A DNA stretch of 63,989 nt, the filler included, from Ionaspis alba (lineage: Eukaryota), in the NCBI GenBank assembly GCA_964255285.1. It is 7 parts of 7 records of this genome, joined end to end, with 100 filler letters (N's around TTAATTAATTAA, not from the genome) between each part and the next. Parts side by side here need not be neighbours in the genome. Positions count along the whole stretch, not along the records: positions 9,364 to 18,616 come from CAXUUL010000681.1; positions 18,717 to 27,933 come from CAXUUL010000682.1; 5 more parts are not named here. One strand, written 5' to 3'. Within the stretch, counting starts at the first letter, position 1. Every line of letters starts with the position of its first letter. Position numbers and translations under genes: made by a program. This document shows positions 9,364-23,159 of the stretch, piece after piece. The notes beneath the pieces are model-generated. The model saw nothing but the letters and a program-made list of their open reading frames with translations. It was not told the DNA's origin and ran no database searches.

Positions 9364-12292
9364 CTCTGCTAGAGCCTTCTCGTGTCCTTCCTGCATGGCG
9401 GAGTAGCTCTGCTCGTGCTGTTTTTGAATGTCGTTGATGTCCCGCACATACTTCTTTTCGGTTGCTGCAGTCTGCTCTGCGTGCTTGGTATCAATATCTG
9501 TTTTCAGCTGAGCAAACTTACGCTCCAGACGCTCTTTGACTTCCACGAGCTCTTGAGCATGTGACTCCTTTAACGACTCAAGAAAACGAACATGCTCCGA
9601 CTTGACGCGTTCAAGCGCAGCCGCATGATCCTGTCCAGCTCTATTCGAAGTGGCGGAAAGTTCGTCGTATTTTGCTTGGAGTGCTTCAAGATCGACTTGA
9701 CTCTTCGACTCGCTGTCTGACTTTATGGACTCGATGGCTTTAGCGTGAGTGGTCCGGAGATCCTCTAGCTCCGCAGCATGGCGGCTCAGGATCGAACTGC
9801 TTTCTTTATTCTTTTCTTCGAGCATCTGGACGGTACAGTTTAGCTCATCTTTGATCTTCATAACCGTGGATGTATGCTGATCGTCTCGATCCTTGCTATC
9901 CTGGTCAAATGTTTCTAGGACTTTTTTCAAGCTCGAGATTTCCGCCGTAGCTGTTTCAAGTGACTCTTTCAACTCAGTTGTAGCTCTCTCTGAGGATGCT
10001 TTTTCAGCGTGGATGGCATCAGCAAGCTTTAGTAGTTCAGCCTTTGAGTCCTCCAGCTCCGATGTCGCTTTCTCATAATTCTCAGTCAATGCAGCATGCA
10101 TGGACCGCAGATCTTCGGTCTCCCTCGCATCTCTAGCCGCTGAGTCCAGCGCCGATCTATGCTCGGCTTCCAGTTTGGAAATCGCACTCTCGTGATCTTG
10201 AATCAGTTTGACTCTATTAGCATCGAGCTCTCGGTCCTTGCTTTCGTGGAGGTTTTGCAGTTCCTCCTGTAAATTCTCGATGACCTTGCCCAAGCTCGAC
10301 ACTTCGAGATGTTTAGCCGAGATGAGCTCATCATGTTGGCTGGAGCTTGTGTTCATGGCAAGTTCAAGCTCTTTCACTCGTGCTTTAGTAGCTTCATACT
10401 CACCCTCAATTGATTGAACGTGCTCGGAAGCATTGGCCACAGTCTCCTCCAATTCTCGACTGTGGGTAGTTTGTAGCTCTTCGAGTTCGTGCCGAACGTC
10501 GAGGATGTCCTTTTCTTTCATCCTGATCAGTTCATCCTTTTCCTGCAGTTCCGTCCGGAGTTTCGCAAGCGCTTGTTCTATTTGGTACGACGATGATGCT
10601 TTCTCCTCCGCTAGTTGATGATGGGTTATCAACAGGTCCGCTTTCAGATTTTCGATTCTCGAGCTTGCATCCTGGCTCTTCAATTTTTCAGCGTGATACC
10701 TTTTTTCCAGGTCCTCGAGTGCCTCTCGGTGAGCATTTTTCTGTCCTTCTAGCGAAATTGCCGCTTCCTTGGATCCCAGATCTGCAGCAAGAGCCTTCGC
10801 GTTCTCAAGTTCCTGCATTGATTTTTCGAGAGTCTGCTTCTGATTTGCCTGAGCGTCTGCGAGCTCTTTTTGAACCGATTCGAGTTCCTCGGCATGTAAA
10901 GCCGAAAGTTCTTTGATCTTCGAGATATGTTCTTTCTGGATGTCCGATGTTGCTGCATCAACGTCCTTAGAACCCTCTTGTGCAGCTTCACTATAGTCAT
11001 GCATTTGCGTTTGCATGCCCTCGAGTTCGGACTTCAGGGAAAAGACCTGGATCTAGAATTAGCGACTTTGCTTCAATTGAACCAGGAGCACGAGATCTCA
11101 CCTGCTCCTGACTTGCGGCGAGAGCCGACTCAAGTTCGCTGACTCTTTGCAGCTCCGAAAAATCTAAGCTCGCACCGACCTCCTTTGGCAGAGCCGTCCC
11201 AGCCTCATCTCCAGAATCCGCTTTTTGACTTGGCGTGGACAAAGGAAGTTTGCCCTCCGCACGTCTTGCCTCCTCCAATTTCTCCCTCAAGTCCGCCAGT
11301 GTCTCATCCACCTTTTTGCCATACTCCTCTTTGACCTCATCACTCTCATCGCCATCTTCAGCCATTGCAGCCTGCAGCATTTGGTTTACAAGCTCCATCT
11401 CACGTAAGCGTTGCTCGATTGTCACTGACATAGTCGATTTGCGGGTAGTGAGCCCTGGTCGAGCTGGCTTGGGGGCTTGCAGCATTGCTGTATCAGGAGA
11501 TCCCACTGCAGTAGCTTTCGGTGCAATTGCGGGTGAGGCAGGTATAGTGCTCAGTCTCTTCTTCACCCCTTCTGCAGCCGTCCCTCCTAGTGCGGGTCTG
11601 TTGGAACTTGGTGGTGCTCGTCCGGCTCGGGAGCTCGCTGGCGTTGTTGCTGGTCTCGTATTGCTGGTGGTTGGCTTGAGAGCTTGCTTGGTAGGGCTAG
11701 CGACTCCAGTACGTCCTGACACAGGCTTCTTGTCACTGGCACCAGAAACACCCATTGTAGATCTTCTGTCCGTTGACGGTGCCGCTGCCTTCTGTGCAGT
11801 CAATCGTGCAGAGGTGGAAGGTGTGATTGAGACTCTTTTAGCATTTGTAGGTAGGAGTGGTCGTTTGTTCTCTGTTTTAGGACTTGGAGCGGCTTTGCTC
11901 GGGTCGTCGACGGAACTTGTGGAAGGCCGTGTTCTGTGACTGGTGCTCGATACCGTAGTTGCCGTAGCACTACCAGCCGGGCGACGCGTGGATGAATTTG
12001 CCGTTGGCCGTGCCGGTGGCTTGCTGAGGCTAGACCCTAGTGAAGGTCGTGCTGTGGTAGATTTGGTTGTTGAGCTTGTAGTGCCAGCTGCTGGGGTGGG
12101 TTTTACTGCTCCAGGTGGACGTCTCGCTGGAACTCCAGTTCTCCTCGGGGAGCCGGTGAGCATGCTTTGGTCATCTGCGGCTTTGCTCGTTCTCGTGGAA
12201 GCGGAGGGGCTTTCCTCTGACGAAAGGATATCTCCGAGTTTTTCTTCTGCCGGTGGTGTCTCCACTGGAGCTTCAACATCCATCGATGCCAT
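9364..12292 (-). CDS. Large coiled-coil protein with S/T/P/R-rich disordered N-terminus (3' truncated by gap)
   Basis: ORFs 10997-12337 and 9316-11016 joined by an intron near 11100-11050. Extensive E/K/L heptads. Runs into the N gap. Confidence 0.75.
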
Positions 12293-12892
12293 ATTAGTCG
12301 TACGGCTGTTGCCAATGAGAAGACGGCTTTGAGCCAATTGAAGGGCCTTTTGCTCGTAGGTTTTGTTCTAGCAGTGTATATATGATGGCCCAATGCCCGT
12401 GAGGATGGGAAAGCTGAAAGTGGTACACGATGTCGATGAAACGTAATCAGCTACGGCTTGAGGAAGTGGATAAGTAGTCGCTATGCATAGTAAGAATGAT
12501 GAAGGTCTCCTCTGCTGTGTGCTACTGGGGAAGCTGCAAGATGATGCGGGATATTATAGAAGTTACGGCTGTCTGGGGAGTCGCGTCCAGCTGGGAAGAT
12601 CAACAGGCGGGGCGCGCCAGAAGCCTAAATTACCGACGCTTTCCATGCACGTCTACCTTAAATCTTTGGGGAGGGAAACATGCTGGTCTTCGTGGCTTGC
12701 AGATTCACGAATCATTTTTGTGGTTCTTCCTCTCTTTCTTCCTGGTCCAGGTTCCTGCTGCCAGAGTTTCTGGTGCTGTTGCTCATCTACACCCAGATGC
12801 TTCTGCATTTCAGAACCTTGAAACCTGCATGCTCGGAGTTTCGAGTGATAATCGACTAGAATATAACCGATGGGTATCTACGCAGGCTCCCG

Positions 12893-15382
12893 CTACTCAA
12901 TGCTTGAAACCCAATAAGGAATGCTCAAGTGTCGCTTCGTGTAGTGCTCCTCCATGAAAGGTTTCATCGCCAAAGCACGCTCTCGTACCTTCTGAGGCAG
13001 CTCATTTTGCCAAAACGGACTAGAGAGAATGCTGATGTATCGTTGCTCAACTGGTTGATTCCATTAGCATATACGATCGAAGATATGGGGGCATAACAGA
13101 TAATAGCTTACTAGGCCGATCATCCAGCTCCCCCAGCAGGCGAACGAGCTCGAGATTCTGCTCCTCCTGTTGTTCAACTTCCTCCCGCGAAGACTTTGGT
13201 CGCGTAAGCACCTTGAGCGTTTGCGAAGTCGAGCGTTGAGCACCTGGCGATGGTGGAAGCCCAAATCTTCTCCGGTCAAACTCCCGGTTTCTAATTGCAT
13301 CAGCGGCGGATGCTCTGAGCTTCCTCTGCTTGCTCGCTTGTTTCTCTGCTATCTTCGCCAGCTCGTCGGCCTGCCATCGCCGCATTTTCTCACGCTTGGC
13401 TGCTTCACGCTGCGCTTGCTTTCGCTTCCTCTTCCTCTTTTGCAACTCTTCTTCAAAAGCTGCAAGGATCTTACGCGATCCCGGTAATATCACAAACCTA
13501 GTTGGCTTGATGACGGGAGGATTGGAGTTGGTGGGTTGATCGTTCCACTTTCTGGTCTTGCTGCATATACTGACCAACATAGCTTGGATTCTGATCACTT
13601 CCTCCAGGGCCGTCTCATCGTCGCATACGGAGTAAACTGGCGTTCGTACTGATAATGCAGATTCGAGCAAAAAGACCAACTCTGGAATGACATGACCGTA
13701 AATGCAACGGAGCCTTTTACGGTTCTTTGTACTTGAAGAATCTTGACGAAGGTTTTTGATACATTCTTCGATCCGATCAAACAATTTCTCCAATTGATCC
13801 TGGGACATTGTCCAATCATCTTCTCCATCGTCATTATCACCATCACCATCAATATTTCCAGGTCTATCGGACTCGTGGTTCGCCGAAAGGGTTGCGAAGT
13901 ACCGCTGAGCTTTTCCGATGGCGCTAATAACTGCGTCGAACCTCCTCGTTTGAAAATGTGTTGTAGATGTGGATGGATCTGATCCCTCCCCTTCAGTCTT
14001 CACGCTTCTGGCCGCCTCGATGACTTTTTCCCAAACACCTTCCATACCAAACATTTCAGGCCATGCTTCAAGCTCTGCTCTCATTTCTAGATCATGGTTT
14101 GTAGCTGCCGATCCTAAGCTACCATCTTCGGAGTTTGCAAAATGTTCTTGAACTTGGTCGGATCTCATTTGCCTTTCAGTGCCAGGCTGATAAACTTTGT
14201 CCTGACTATCTTCAGAAGAAGATCGGTCGTCATCAGCTTCGGGTGTTTCAGCTAATTTGCCGACAGTCTCATCGCCCTTGTCGTCTTGCTGACGGCGTCG
14301 GACTGGGTGATTCGACCTCCTCGCTTTAACAACTGGAGCTGGCTCTGTAGACGCGGGTTGCCTTCTACGTCTTCCGGCCTCCTGGCTCGACTTGTTCACC
14401 TTGACAGCAGAAGCTGGTTCTGTAGATCCGGGTTCCTTTCTAGGTCTCCTGGCCTTTCCTGCATGAGGTTGGAAAGGTCCTGCTGACCCATCTCTACTAT
14501 TTTCCACAACACGTTGTTCAGGTGACGCTCGAGGTTGGTTTAAAGCCTTTGAGGCTGCACGAGGGACTGCTTCCACCATTATTGTAGAGCTTGCATTTCC
14601 CTTGCTAGTTGTTACTGGATGTGTGGATGATTGTCGATTCTTCGGAGGTCTGCCAGGACGGCGAAGCACTGGAGGTGATACTGCATTGGCGTTGTTCACC
14701 GCCACTCCTGACTGATTGTTGGATTCATTGAGGTCCGTGACCTGTGGTTCCTTTACGACACTCCCCATGCTTAAGCCTACCGGTACTTCGTGCAATGGAA
14801 TTGCGACGTGTGGTCGCCGAGAACGACGGGGACGCTCTGGCGAGTCGGGTATTTGGAAGGGGCTCCAACGGCCACGTAAGCGTGCGACTTGATTATCTCC
14901 ATCAAGATTGGCTTGAGGTTTTGGGCGTTTCAATTTTCCACCTCCAAGCTGTTGCTGCGGTTCTCTCTTCTTGCTCGATGATAGTGTCCCGCTTAGTTCT
15001 AATGATGGCTCTCGCAATTTGTTGTTCTCTTCCATAGCTGTGTCCTCATGCACGTTGGGGGTGACTTGAGGTCGTGGAATATCTATCGTAGACTGTGAAA
15101 GATGGTGCACTGCCAGCGCTCTTGTAGCAAGCTCAACATTATCCTCCTTCGTCAATGCTTCTTCCTCTTCACGCTGCAATTGTCGGGAAGCAGAATCTTC
15201 GTCGCTTGGCTGTGAGTCTTCTTCTAAAAGTAATTACGATGATGTTGTGATGCCTTCACAGGACCGGACTTACCAATGTCAACAGTCTCTTTGTCCTCGT
15301 CTGATTCTCTGTGTCGAAAGGCTTTTGGTAAATGCGTACTCGTCTCTGATGTTGTAAACTTGACCTTAGAGAGCTTTGCCAT
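12893..15382 (-). CDS. Hypothetical nuclear protein with AT-hook
   Basis: Short first exon (MAKLSKVKF), main exon about 15220-13110, last exon ending IPYWVSSIE*. AT-hook RRPGRPPKNR and basic NLS-like KRKRKRK. Confidence 0.65.
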
Positions 15383-15686
15383 AATGTGTCGTAAAGTGAA
15401 GAAGCTTAGTGAGTTGTATGCAACCAAATGCTAAAGGACGTGGAGTTATTGAATAACTTCTAGTGTTGAACGCGTCTGGAAACCATCCCGCGCCTCGCGT
15501 ATTTCTCTTGACGAACTTCGTCCCGCGGACCCAAATTTGGTAAGTCTGCCGAGTCGGCCGTGATCTTCTCTCCAGAAGGTTATCATTGTCTATTCAATGT
15601 AACATTAGAGGCAATATATGCAAGCAAAGGCTCTAGATCACACGTATCAAAACAACAACTACTTTTCACGTGAAGTTTGGCACAGA

Positions 15687-17280
15687 ATGTCGAGTTCAAA
15701 CAATATGCTACACCCGTTGCTAAGAACGCTGGATGCCGCTGAGCCACACAATTTCATTGTACCAATCAAAAAGATCAACGAGGGTCAAGATGTTTCTACG
15801 TTTCTAATGTCTGAAGCTTACAGGGACATCATGACTTTCGTTTTGCAAATGAACAGAGCAATGTTTCCACGTTTCGTGCCAGAGTCTACGTCCAAAGAAG
15901 CACAAACCCAGGTTTTCGAGATAGGTTCAGACAACGTTCCATTCTCAAACACTGTGATTGGACTACGTGCACTACTTCAGTCTCTGGACAAAATCATCGA
16001 TGAAGTCCCTCTGGACACAGGTCCGAGGAGATTTGGCAATGTCAGTTTCAGAAGATGGAACGAATTGCTTGAGGCTCGAGCGACTTCCCTTCTCGAACAA
16101 TACCTTCCTGCTCAGGTGCTGTCCTTCAGCCATGATACCGACTTGGGTTCGGTAAAAGAAATTCGGTCGTATCTGCTAGGAAGTTTTGGCAGTGCACAAA
16201 GGCTTGACTATGGCACCGGCCATGAGTTGAGCTTTCTAGCCTTCCTCGGCTGCATCTGGAAGCTTGGTGGTTTCTCCAGATCTGGACCAGGAGAGGAAGA
16301 ACGAGGTATTGTAATCGGTGTGATCGAGCCGTATGTCAACGCAATCCACCTTGCTGCACTCTTGTATTGAGAAACACTCAGATACTTGAGCCTTGTTCGT
16401 CGGTTAATTCGAACTTACACGCTTGAGCCTGCAGGATCGCATGGAGTTTGGGGCTTAGACGACCATTCTTTCCTCCCTTATGTTTTCGGTAGCGCGCAAT
16501 ACGGTCCGCCAATCAGTGATGAAGACCAAGTGCCTACTGAAGGCTCATTGGCAGGCGCTCCCGATCCAGGAGGTGTGGCGAAAGTCTCGGTTGTAGACAA
16601 AGAACGTGGGAAAAACATGTATTTTAGTGCCATTGGTTTCATTTACGATGTCAAAAAGGGGCCATTTTGGGAACACTCGCATACGCTCTACGATATCTCT
16701 GGCGTCAGGGCAGGCTGGGGTAAGATCAACAAGGTACTAAATAAGATTCTTTTAGACTTACTAGATAATGCTAAGTTTAGCTTAGGGTATGATTAAGATG
16801 TACAATGCGGAGGTACTATCCAAGTTTCCCGTCGTCCAACATTTCCCGTTTGGTTCGCTGTTTCGTTGGGATCCAGATCCAGAAGCTGTACGACCTCCAG
16901 AATCAGTTCACACATCGAATCAACCTCGCAGAGATGATACCGCCTCTCGATCTAGAAACTCAGCTATCATGCGAAGTCCCTTACAGGATAGCACAAAGGC
17001 TCCATGGGCGGATCCCAGGTTAGGCAATATCAACCAGATGGGTGAGACTCAAGCGCCACGGATGACGAGGAGACAAGCGCCTTTAATCTCAACCAACCCA
17101 CGTATAGCAAGTCATGTTTTGGCAAGCATACAGAAACCATTATCAACAGTCGGGATTGATGACTGTGCAGATGCGAAACCACATACGATATCCTCTGCAC
17201 AGCCATCAAGAGCCGAGAATGGTAAGAATTCGGATGGTCAATCGATGCCTCCTCCAACCAAAGCACCTTGGGCCAAATAA
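15687..17280 (+). CDS. RRD1: PP2A phosphatase activator PTPA (Rrd1/Ypa1 type)
   Basis: [56 protein letters not shown]. Two introns. Confidence 0.92.
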
Positions 17281-17972
17281 TGAATCAAGGAGGATCCGCA
17301 TCTGCACGGCACCGGTTGCACGAGGTATGGCTTGATAGGAGCCGGAAGGGTTGAGGCTGTTGCTAAAGTAATTGCGAACGGCGGTGAAGGGTGGATAGTA
17401 ATACAAATAGGAGCACACCGATACTTGCTGTACCTCATCAAGCAGAACCATCAGCGTATCAAAGCGTACCCAGCAGGATGGTGGTCCGTGGACGGTCCTG
17501 TGTCGATGTGGCTCAGTCGAAGCTGGTGGTCTATAATTGGTACATTCGTGGTCGTATGACGATGTAGTGAACCGGATATGGGACAACCCATTTCTTGCGC
17601 TGCCTTCGATAGTGTGAGCTCCTGCTCTCCTTATTCTTTTCTAGACCGACTTATCACCAACCAGAAGCTCGACTGCGAGTAGAATTCGAAACATGTGGAG
17701 AGTGAAGAGCCGTGGATTTGCATCCTTGATGCTGGCTTGCCGCAAGCGATTGCTCGTTGATCCCTGCGATCTGCCCTGTCATATTGACTTTCCTTTGCAC
17801 TGCCCTCATTAATATCCTCCACCTCCTTGCCATGAAGATGCTCCTGAATTGAGCCCTCATTACTTTAACAACCTTCATCTCTCCTGAGCGTTCAACTCTA
17901 CAGCTTCCACTTCGTCTGGGGAAGCATATATGCAGTCAGCTGAGTTGCTGCACTCCTAGATAAACACCGAGC

Positions 17973-18616
17973 TATGCCGGGCGTCCGTGAGTCCCTCTCG
18001 AGCGGTGAACTTTACGCGTGGTGGCTTCTGCAACCTCACTTCTGTGCCACTCAACCAATTACTGACGAAGCTGCCTTACTACAGCTCCAGATGCGCTGAA
18101 TCAGGTGAAGAAAGGCCTGAGAGGCATCTTTTCTCGCAAGAAAAAGGACAAGACTCAGGCAGCTCATCAACCCGGCCAATCATCAGCACCTGCTGCTGGA
18201 TCGAGCAGCCATGCTGGAACTGCAATGACATCCGGAGCAGCCGCCGGCGCAGCTACCACCGCAACCCAGGCTCGTAAGCTCTCCACAATTCCAACGACCT
18301 AGAACAATACTAACATGAGCCCTTACATGAAGCTCCCACAACAACCACCAGCTCCACCACACCCCAACTCTCCACCCCGGCCAATGTCGCCGAATCTCAA
18401 AACATCGATCTCAACCCCTCCGCCCCTTCCGCCTCTACACCCGCTGCACCATCCGCCGCTCCCGCGCCAAAAGAGAAAGCCGCCCCCGCCACCCTCGACA
18501 CAAAACGTCCCGCTGAAGGCATGAGCGCTACCTCAGGCCCTCTGAGCGATGATCTCGGCGCTGGATACGGATCCGCCATGTCTTCGCCTGTGGACACTTC
18601 ACACGCTGCAACTCAA
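17973..18616 (+). CDS. Small low-complexity A/P/T-rich hypothetical protein (cut by gap)
   Basis: KKGLRGIFSRKKK exon followed by a GT..AG intron near 18273 and a Pro/Ala-rich exon. The start is uncertain. Confidence 0.4.
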
Positions 18617-18716
18617 NNNNNNNNNNNNNNNNNNNNNNNNNNNNNNNNNNNNNNNNNNNNTTAATTAATTAANNNNNNNNNNNNNNNNNNNNNNNNNNNN
18701 NNNNNNNNNNNNNNNN

Positions 18717-20657
18717 ATTATCTGCAATCCGACTTACATCCAAAGCTATCTCTGCTCGGACAGTGGCAGGCTCATCAAAGCCAACCTTTGGTGGTGCGAC
18801 TTCTACTATGCTACGAAGTATGTCAGCAACAGGATGGTAAGTGGTTTCCGGTGTACGAACCTAGGCTTGGAGATGGGCAAGGCCATCCTTGAGAAACCAT
18901 CAAATTGCACAGTACTAACAGTTCCACCTGCTCTTGGTTGAAGCCGCTTGATCGTGTCTTCTAGATCCTTTCGAATCTCAAAAAATGACTCGCAGCGGTA
19001 TAAGATGAAGGACCGCCAAAGAAAATCTCCGACTGTAAGGTATTGTAGATTGAGTTTTGGTATGGCGAGAGAGTGTGCGCCGTTGTATGATTCGTTTCGG
19101 AGCAATGATGGTTCGTACAAATCTATCTGGGTGGGGATTAATCTTGGTCCCCAGCAGAGCATCGCCGAACAAACTTACTTCAGTGGGCAATACGTTAAGA
19201 TCTTTGACAACCTCCTGAAAGGTCAGCCGTCGTTCGTGCGCAGATAGGAGTATTTCCAGCAGTAAGTTCCTTTGCACTTGTACTCCTGAAGTTTGGGGGT
19301 AGGAGATCCGGAAGTCAAGGGCTTCACACAGTCGAGCGAGTTCAGACTCATCAAGCATAGCCAAGTTGCTCTCCAGTTCCGGCCGCTGATCAATTGTGCC
19401 GTAGTTAGATAAAGCGAGAATGGTAAGCTTGGACTTGAAATGCTTTAGTGAAGCTCTCTGAAGTCTGGCTAGCTTTCCACAATGGATCTCGTAGGATTCG
19501 TCTCTAGTATATTGGCTGCCTGTATGATCGTTGACAGAGAAAGTGACAAAATGACGGAAAAGTGAGTAGAGATCTCGGAACAACCCATTATTCTCATCAT
19601 TGTAAGCTGGCGACAATCTGATTAAGGGTAGCAGGTTCAAATCTTGGATGAGAGCATTGAGATATCGTCTTGTTGGGAGTTGACTCTCGAGGTCAGTGAG
19701 GAGCTCAAGAAAACGTTCGCAATATTCTATAGGACCTTCAAGGGATCAGAAAAAGCCACAGTTTAATAGGAATAATACACAAACCTGAGGAGGTATTGTT
19801 GAAACCGTAGATTTTGCCCACGAACCTCAAGATCATAGAGAAAATCCATGATCGTTCAAATCGGAGCCTCGCTTGGACCTCTTGGTCTCCAGCCTCATAT
19901 CGCTTTGTAGCTGCTCGCCATGCCTTACGCAGCTGGGGATGTTGCTCAAACCTCGATTCTCTTGCACGTTCGCTAGCTAGATAGTGCCATGTTGATATCG
20001 AGACTAGTGGAGCGCATTCTTTGCGTATAAGGCCGTTGTCTAAGGACTGGAAAGCACTTATGAGGAATCCGAGAATGTGGTTTTGGATGACAAGATCCAG
20101 TGAATCGTCCACGCTCATCGATAGTACCCGGCGAAACAGGGATGAGAAACCGTCCGAATTGCTGCTGAAGACAGCTATTGAATGTAGTCAGCATACGTTC
20201 CATATGACCCAGCATCCTCGCTATACTGTACTCCAAACAGGTAGGCCTTCTCTGCTTTTCACAGTCACCATCAACGCTATCAGAAGAACGTGATAGTTGG
20301 AAGAATCATCGCTGTATCCAGGCCACAGGTACCTGATGTGCGTCAGCGCCAACATCAAACGCCTTCTTCTTCACTGTCCTTACTTTTCTAGTAGTTGTAG
20401 GTTCTCCAACACGACTAGACTCCGGAGATTGAAACCATCTTTTTCAAGTACATCCCATATCTCTTGTTTCACGACCTCTCCCCGTACTTTGCGCACTTTC
20501 GTTGACGGCTTTGACCATATCTTCTCGGCCAATTCAGTCCATTGAGCTGAGCCATGGAGCTCCATCTCGACGAGGGCCAAATTTTCGTGAAACTTCCGGA
20601 GGATTTGCCCGGGTTGATGGAAAGGGTCTAGTCAATCGATAGGTCTCGACCAGCCAT
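18717..20657 (-). CDS. cwf11: Aquarius/Cwf11 intron-binding spliceosomal helicase, N-terminal part only
   Basis: LVVLENLQLLEK, FQSLDNGLIRKECAPLVSI, DLESQLPTRRY, PKLNLQYLTVGDFLWRSFILYRCESF. The helicase domains are missing beyond the gap and the start codon is approximate. Confidence 0.85.
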
Positions 20658-20906
20658 CACAATGGAAGGCGCAATCCTGCTTCCCATTACACGATGTTGA
20701 TCATGTTGCGCTGCGCTACGCGTGAGCGAAAACATGTTGTTTAGGACCATCTGAGCCTAGTGCACAGGTCCGACCAAAGGCGTGGGACGGCTCCCGCAGA
20801 GCCTCAACCTTAATACAAAGCTCAGACGCCGCCATTCTTTGTCTCCGTCGGCCTTGGTCAGGGCCTCCGACCAGGTACGATTTCCCTACATACAAGCCTG
20901 AGCAAC

Positions 20907-23159
20907 ATGCCTCATAGTACTACTTCCAGAACTGGCATAGCCTCTGTGGATGAGTACGCCGCTGCTGTGCAGGACTTGCTGCGAAGGGCGCGCGAAGTCA
21001 AACAAGATGCCGATATCGAACCCGCCCTCAACCTCTCAGACCTAGGTGGCGCAATTGAAGCCATCGGAGACCTAAGTCAAACGTTAGGCTTCCCTAACAT
21101 ACAAGCTCATAATGCGGCAATTGAGACGGCGGTGCGAGATGCATTTTACGACCTACTTGTGCGGAAATCCTCATTCATTCACAAGCCCTGGCTAATACCG
21201 TGCCCAGGCCTCTACCTCTGTCGATCACCCTGCCTTCAATGAGATATGGAACCTCCTCGATATTGTTACACTTCTCTCCGACCATGGTGCAGTCGTCCGC
21301 GCCACTCAATCAAGTTGTTGACTAAGACTTGCCCAGGCAAATGCGAACCTGGCCTCGGTTTCTGGCTCGTTGAGGAACTACTCGATAGTCAAACCATTCA
21401 GGGCTGTCGAAGAATCTTCGACTACTTGGAGTCGAGACGAGAGCGGTTGATGGCTGTGAGTTGAGGACGAGTATTAAGAGGAACAACAGGGCAATCTGAT
21501 AATTGGCTGAAATAGAAACACTTTAAGGCGAAAACACTCAGCATCCTTCGAGCCTGTAATGAGCTATTACGCAGACTGTCAAGGGCAGAAGATACCGTGT
21601 TCTGTGGAAGAGTTTTTATATTTATGTTCCAAAGCTTTCCGCTTGGAGACAGGAGTTCGGTCAACCTTCGCGGGGAATTCCACGTCGACAATGTCACAGT
21701 CTATGATACTCTTCCCAGTAAATCTACTGACAGCCCGAGGGCGATGCATATTGATGGGATCGAGGCCAATCCATTATCCAGTGCAGAGCGCCAAGGACAG
21801 ACCACGTCTGCAGAGGTCGAGCTCGGCAAGGTCAATGACATTCCCGAAGCAACCTCCGGGAAACCTCCTGTCGCTCTTGTCGAGAAGAAAAGCCCCTCGA
21901 TTGATGCTGATACGCTATACCCAATGTTTTGGTCACTCCAGGAATACTTTTCAAACCCCACAAAACTCTTCGACTCATCGAACCTGGCCGCCTTTAAGAG
22001 CGGTTTACAGGCAACTCTCGACAAGTTCAAACAAGTTCACGTCGACTCCGAGTCGCGAGGAAGTATAAAGGTTTCTGATGAAAGTAAAAGAGGCATCAAA
22101 CGAAAACGCGAAGGCGGGCAGGATATGGCTAGTTCTTTCAACCCGAAATACCTTACCAACAGAGACCTGTTTGAGCTCGAGGTATGGAGCGACACCTCCG
22201 AGTCTTGATTGCCTTGACTAAGTTGCAGCAGATTAGTGACCTAGCGTTTCGACGACATATACTTGTTCAGTCATTGATCTTGATTGACTTCTTGCTCTCT
22301 TTGACCCCGAAAGCCAAAGCTAAGCTTGGATCCACGAAGAATAAATCCGTTCTGTATGACTTCACATTGGTAGAAGAAGAGGTACGTATTTGCTATGATA
22401 CACACTGATCTCCAAGCACAATAAGTTGAAACTTTTGACAGTTTCGATGGGCTGTCGACACAAGGTCCGAGATTGCGAATTACCTACAGCAAGGTCCGGA
22501 AGGAAAGTTCTACTATCGCATGGTGGACACTGTACTGTCGAGAGATAAGAACTGGGTGCATTGGAAAGCCGAAAATTGTGAACCATATCAACGAGATTCC
22601 GTCTCGGCAGAGGACTTCATCGAAGCCAGGAGTGGAGCGCAAAAAGCATGCACGAACAGAAGGTTAAGAGCAACGCCGTTGGGATCTCTAGACTTGCATT
22701 TTCTTTCCGACAGCGACCACGCAGACGGCCTTGCGAAATTCATGGAGCCCGCGCGGTGAGTCGAGGACCGAACCATGCTCGTCATTACTTCTTCTGACAA
22801 ATAACAGTTACGCCATTCCGACACCCGAATCTTTTCAGCATCCGATTGCTGACGATGAGTTCGATGCGCAAATGGCGAAGACGGAGGAGGATAAGCAGCT
22901 AGCGATCAACGCGCGGGCAAGCAAGCTGTGGCGGACACTACGCATCGCCTCGAAAAACAAATTCGGCTTGTTCGACAAAATAGATGATGGAAACAACCTA
23001 GAAGCGCTATTCGAAGTTCCTCAGGAGGGGAAGAATGCGGAGAAGGCGAGTGATGACGAGATCGCAGAGCCATCTCAACCCGACGTGGCAGAGTCGCCAA
23101 AGATCAACATCAACAAAGCTCCAGAGCCAATACCGACAGAGGGAGAGACGGCTGTATAG
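20907..23159 (+). CDS. THO complex subunit 1 (THOC1/Hpr1)
   Basis: LVEELLDSQTI, LRACNELLRRLSR, FCGRVFIFMFQSFPLGDRSSVNLRGEF, PKYLTNRDLFELE, RDKNWVHWK. Multi-exon. Confidence 0.9.
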
